From Nitrososphaerota archaeon (GTDB taxonomy: Archaea > Thermoproteota > Nitrososphaeria > Nitrososphaerales > UBA57), in assembly GCA_016180375.1 (NCBI GenBank), contig JACPBJ010000064.1, forward strand, positions 1 to 33,901: a stretch of 33,901 bases of DNA, written 5' to 3'. The translations under genes were made by a program, and so were the position numbers. The stretch's first letter is position 1. Each line of letters begins with the position of its first letter. Positions 31,357 to 33,901 of the stretch are shown one piece after another. Under the pieces are notes generated by a model. It was given only the letters and a program-made list of their open reading frames with translations, had not been told where the DNA came from and did not search any database.

Positions 31357-33773
31357 TACGGTGCACCTCCTGGTTTTACTCTGAGCTTTCTCCTGATTTC
31401 TGGCTCCAAATCTACTGACCGTAGCAGTTCCCTGTTGCCTATCATAGATGTGTGGATGCTACTGACTCCTGCCGCACCAGCCAGCAGTTTGACCTCCTTC
31501 CGAAGTCCGAAGACTAAGTTCTCCAGCCTTTCCTCAGCCCTGTCAAAGTCGAATTTCTGGGTCATCCCTCTCTCGTAGCCTAACGCGATCAGTGCCGCTT
31601 TGCTTATTCCAACAGCATCTGCGCCCAGAGCTATCAGTTTGAAAATATCATCGGCCCCTCTGACTCTGCTCCCGAAGGCTAGCAAGTCAATAGAGCTTCT
31701 CAAAGGCTCATCATCAACCCTTTCCTCTCTGAGCGCCATATCTATCTGAGAAAGAGCTATTTCAAGGTCGGTTCTCCAGCCGTCAATAGAAAAGTCCCAA
31801 TCAACTATAATGCCCGCAATCGACTTTCTTGCTATCAACCCTACTTTCGGCACAATTTCTTCTGAAGCGGGAACTCTAACAAAGATAGGAATGTCTTTCT
31901 TGCTGAGGCGAAGCCTCCTGATAGTATCCTCCCAGTCTCCCTCAGTGCCTGGATAATTGACTACGAAAGCGGCTGGCATAACTTGAAGTCTCTTAGCAAG
32001 GTATTCATTACCGTCAACCATGAGGCATTTACCATACTTCTTGAGAGTCTCATCAGTAGGGTCATCTTCATCGAAGAGAAGACCCATTCCATAAGCGCCT
32101 CGTGCAAAGACCGTATGGATGCTCTCTGGTTCCATTGGCAGTCGTGCAAACATGACAGGATTGGAGAGCCTTATCCTGCCAGCAGCAAGATAGCACGAAG
32201 TTTCGATTTCTTCTCTGTACGGATCTATGCTCGGTCGAGTCACCTGCGCTCCATCAGTTCTCAGCCAGTCGCAAATTGTTTTGGGATCTTCAGTGAACGG
32301 ACCGGAAATAGTGCCCATGCTTGAAATTACTGCCTCACCGGCACCTTTGCCCTGCGTCCCCGCGAGCTCTTGAAGGTTATCCCTCCTCGTTTCAGTCCAG
32401 TAGGTTTCCTCGTCAAACTGCTTTTTCGGCGCGGGCTTGCCCACGAACGGATATCTTCCCTTCTCAACCTTGATATCAAGCACCTTGGCAGTTTCATCGT
32501 TCATATTATACCCTCTCAAGAGATCTCTCCTTCCGACCAAGTCCTCAGCTCTTGTCAACCCGAGCTCTTTCAAGATAACCTGGAATTCTTCTTTCCAGCC
32601 CAGCACCAAGTTGGTGACCCATTGTGCTGCTGTGTCAAGATCAAGTTTCCTCAATGCGTTGGGATCGATTTTGTTGGTGATTAGTGCAGGACAGAACCCC
32701 AGATGGCATTTGTGAACCATTAAGCATCCAATAGCAATCAGCGCCCCAGTTCCTACGCTTACGATGTCTGCGCCAAGCGCCATGAGCTTTGCAGCGTCCT
32801 CGGCACTGCTCACCATTCCTGCTGCGATTATAGAGAATCCTTTCCGAAGTCCTTGATCTCTGAGAACCTTGTCAACAGAAGCAACGCACAGATCTATTGG
32901 CAAGCCAACATTATCTTTTACTACAGAGGGTGCCGCTCCAGTACCGGCTCCCTGACCATCCATGATGATACCATCTGCTCCCATCCTTGCAATGCCAGAA
33001 GCGATGTACGGGATGTAATTGGTAACGCCGACCTTCACAAAGACTGGTTTCCCTGTAGCCTCTTTCAGCGCCCAGATTCTTTGTCCCAAATCCTCAATGG
33101 AATAGATGTCGTGATGCGGAGCAGGTGAGATAGCGTCTCTGCCGACCGGAATTCTTCTTGCAAGAGAAATCGGCTCTGTAACCTTTCCGCCTGGAAGATG
33201 GCCCCCAATCCCAGGCTTTGCTCCCTGCCCTATCTTGATGACTATGCCAATGCCTGTATTGAGCACATCGATGTCTACACCGAACCTTGCCGAAGCCCAT
33301 TGCACCGTTATCCTCTTGCACTTCGCAACCTCTGGATGCAATCCTCCCTCGCCAGTGCCTGTCAGGACTCCCGTGTTGTCAGCTGCCCTAGCGAGAGCGA
33401 TGTTCGGAACTCCGCTCAAAGCCCCAAAGGACATGTCGCCCAAGTAGAGAGGAGCGCTCACCGTTATTCTGCCGTAGGCTAGTTTGCTTGAGCTGTCTAT
33501 AGCATCCAAAGAAAGATTGTCTTTCTGCTTTACAAATTCCTCATTCGATTTAACCGGGTCAACGCTGTGAAATGCTACTCTGTCAAGAACCCTGTAGCTG
33601 TTTGGATGATCAGACCAAGGGCTAACTGCATGAGCCGTTGTTGCAAGTGCCCTTATGTGCTCTATCCGCTCCCTATTCCAAAATTCTTCCGAAGGGGGTT
33701 CTGGGATGCGCTGATAAGAATTAACCAAGCCAGCTCTGGGAGGGACGTATGTCTTTGGCTCTACTTTCTCCAA
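31356..33773 (-). CDS. gltB: Glutamate synthase FMN-binding domain (GltB domain 2) followed by a second, degenerate copy of the same domain
   Basis: GDMSFGALS, TGEGG, IKIGQGAKPGIGGHLPG, ISPAPHHDIYSIEDL, DGQGAGTGAAP and the 3Fe-4S-type motif CLMVHKCHLGFCP in residues about 1-480. Residues about 480-805 repeat the end of the barrel (KLIALGADAVGISKAALIALG versus KLMALGADIVSVGTGALIAIG). TTG start. Confidence 0.85.
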   Translation of the reverse strand: MEKVEPKTYVPPRAGLVNSYQRIPEPPSEEFWNRERIEHIRALATTAHAVSPWSDHPNSYRVLDRVAFHSVDPVKSNEEFVKQKDNLSLDAIDSSSKLAYGRITVSAPLYLGDMSFGALSGVPNIALARAADNTGVLTGTGEGGLHPEVAKCKRITVQWASARFGVDIDVLNTGIGIVIKIGQGAKPGIGGHLPGGKVTEPISLARRIPVGRDAISPAPHHDIYSIEDLGQRIWALKEATGKPVFVKVGVTNYIPYIASGIARMGADGIIMDGQGAGTGAAPSVVKDNVGLPIDLCVASVDKVLRDQGLRKGFSIIAAGMVSSAEDAAKLMALGADIVSVGTGALIAIGCLMVHKCHLGFCPALITNKIDPNALRKLDLDTAAQWVTNLVLGWKEEFQVILKELGLTRAEDLVGRRDLLRGYNMNDETAKVLDIKVEKGRYPFVGKPAPKKQFDEETYWTETRRDNLQELAGTQGKGAGEAVISSMGTISGPFTEDPKTICDWLRTDGAQVTRPSIDPYREEIETSCYLAAGRIRLSNPVMFARLPMEPESIHTVFARGAYGMGLLFDEDDPTDETLKKYGKCLMVDGNEYLAKRLQVMPAAFVVNYPGTEGDWEDTIRRLRLSKKDIPIFVRVPASEEIVPKVGLIARKSIAGIIVDWDFSIDGWRTDLEIALSQIDMALREERVDDEPLRSSIDLLAFGSRVRGADDIFKLIALGADAVGISKAALIALGYERGMTQKFDFDRAEERLENLVFGLRKEVKLLAGAAGVSSIHTSMIGNRELLRSVDLEPEIRRKLRVKPGGAP

Positions 33774-33862
33774 CCACTATTCAAAGATCTCAAAATCCAA
33801 TTAACTATTTATAACCCTTCTGCACTATTGATGTCCAGTTTATTGCAAAAAGTGAGAAAAAT

Positions 33863-33901
33863 ATGCGACAATTGGACGAACAGGAAATAAAGATCGTGAA
33901 G
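33863..33901 (+). CDS. 5' end of a gene running off the window; the first 13 codons (MRQLDEQEIKIVK) resemble the N-terminus of Lrp/AsnC regulators
   Basis: ATG 33863, divergent from the glt operon. Only 13 codons are visible, so this is weak. Confidence 0.25.
   Translation, partial: MRQLDEQEIKIVK

Noticed and set aside
33567-33890. 107-aa plus-strand ORF at the right edge
   Set aside because: It is antisense to the well-supported N-terminus of the GltB FMN subunit and has no motif. The short in-frame ATG at 33863, in another frame, is the more plausible divergent gene start.
1-33901. Scan for CRISPR arrays, rRNA, transposases or integrases, toxin-antitoxin pairs and defence-island hallmarks
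   Set aside because: I found no regularly spaced direct repeats, no rRNA-like segments, no recombinase or nuclease-helicase defence genes and no compositional island. Apart from the repeat family, the region is core housekeeping.

Overview
Gene-dense archaeal chromosomal core region with about 43 protein-coding genes on both strands. The archaeal call rests on TFB, topoisomerase VI A/B, aIF2-beta, aIF1/SUI1, Spt5, stalk proteins P0/P1, RpoK and SecE. Left to right: a DUF835-type membrane protein, TFB, ProRS, DedA, an EndoQ-like PHP nuclease, a HAD phosphatase, inositol-3-phosphate synthase, a GYD protein and a lone PqqC homologue. Next comes a tightly packed minus-strand run aIF2beta-DUF424-Rio-KH-Top6B-Top6A, followed by apt-MTAP, SUI1, a CPBP protease and dCMP deaminase. 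Then L12/P1 lies convergent to a secE-spt5-L11-L1-L10 operon. The right half carries ApgM, a COG2403 GTPase (cDPG-synthetase-like), a redoxin, an Lrp-RAM protein, RpoK, a SPOUT methylase, a PDCD5-like protein and a three-ORF split glutamate-synthase operon. I saw no rRNA, convincing tRNA, CRISPR array, transposase or integrase. This is mostly ordinary housekeeping DNA and I found no obvious novel multi-gene protein system. The main unexplained signal is non-coding: a modular repeat of about 50-140 nt (TATA-like 5' end, GCAGGGGCGTGC core, C-tract/G-tract hairpins) in 5 clear copies plus 1 weak copy, occupying most of the long intergenic spacers. Other points worth a second look: an unusual glutamate synthase (FMN-domain ORF with a degenerate second copy; amidotransferase domain broken across two frames), a ProRS lacking about 30 residues of its anticodon-binding domain, an L12 gene inverted relative to the L11-L1-L10 operon, an orphan pqqC, an RpoK with a basic N-terminal extension, and very frequent obligatory TTG start codons. 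All protein calls come from reading motifs by eye. No database search was run.
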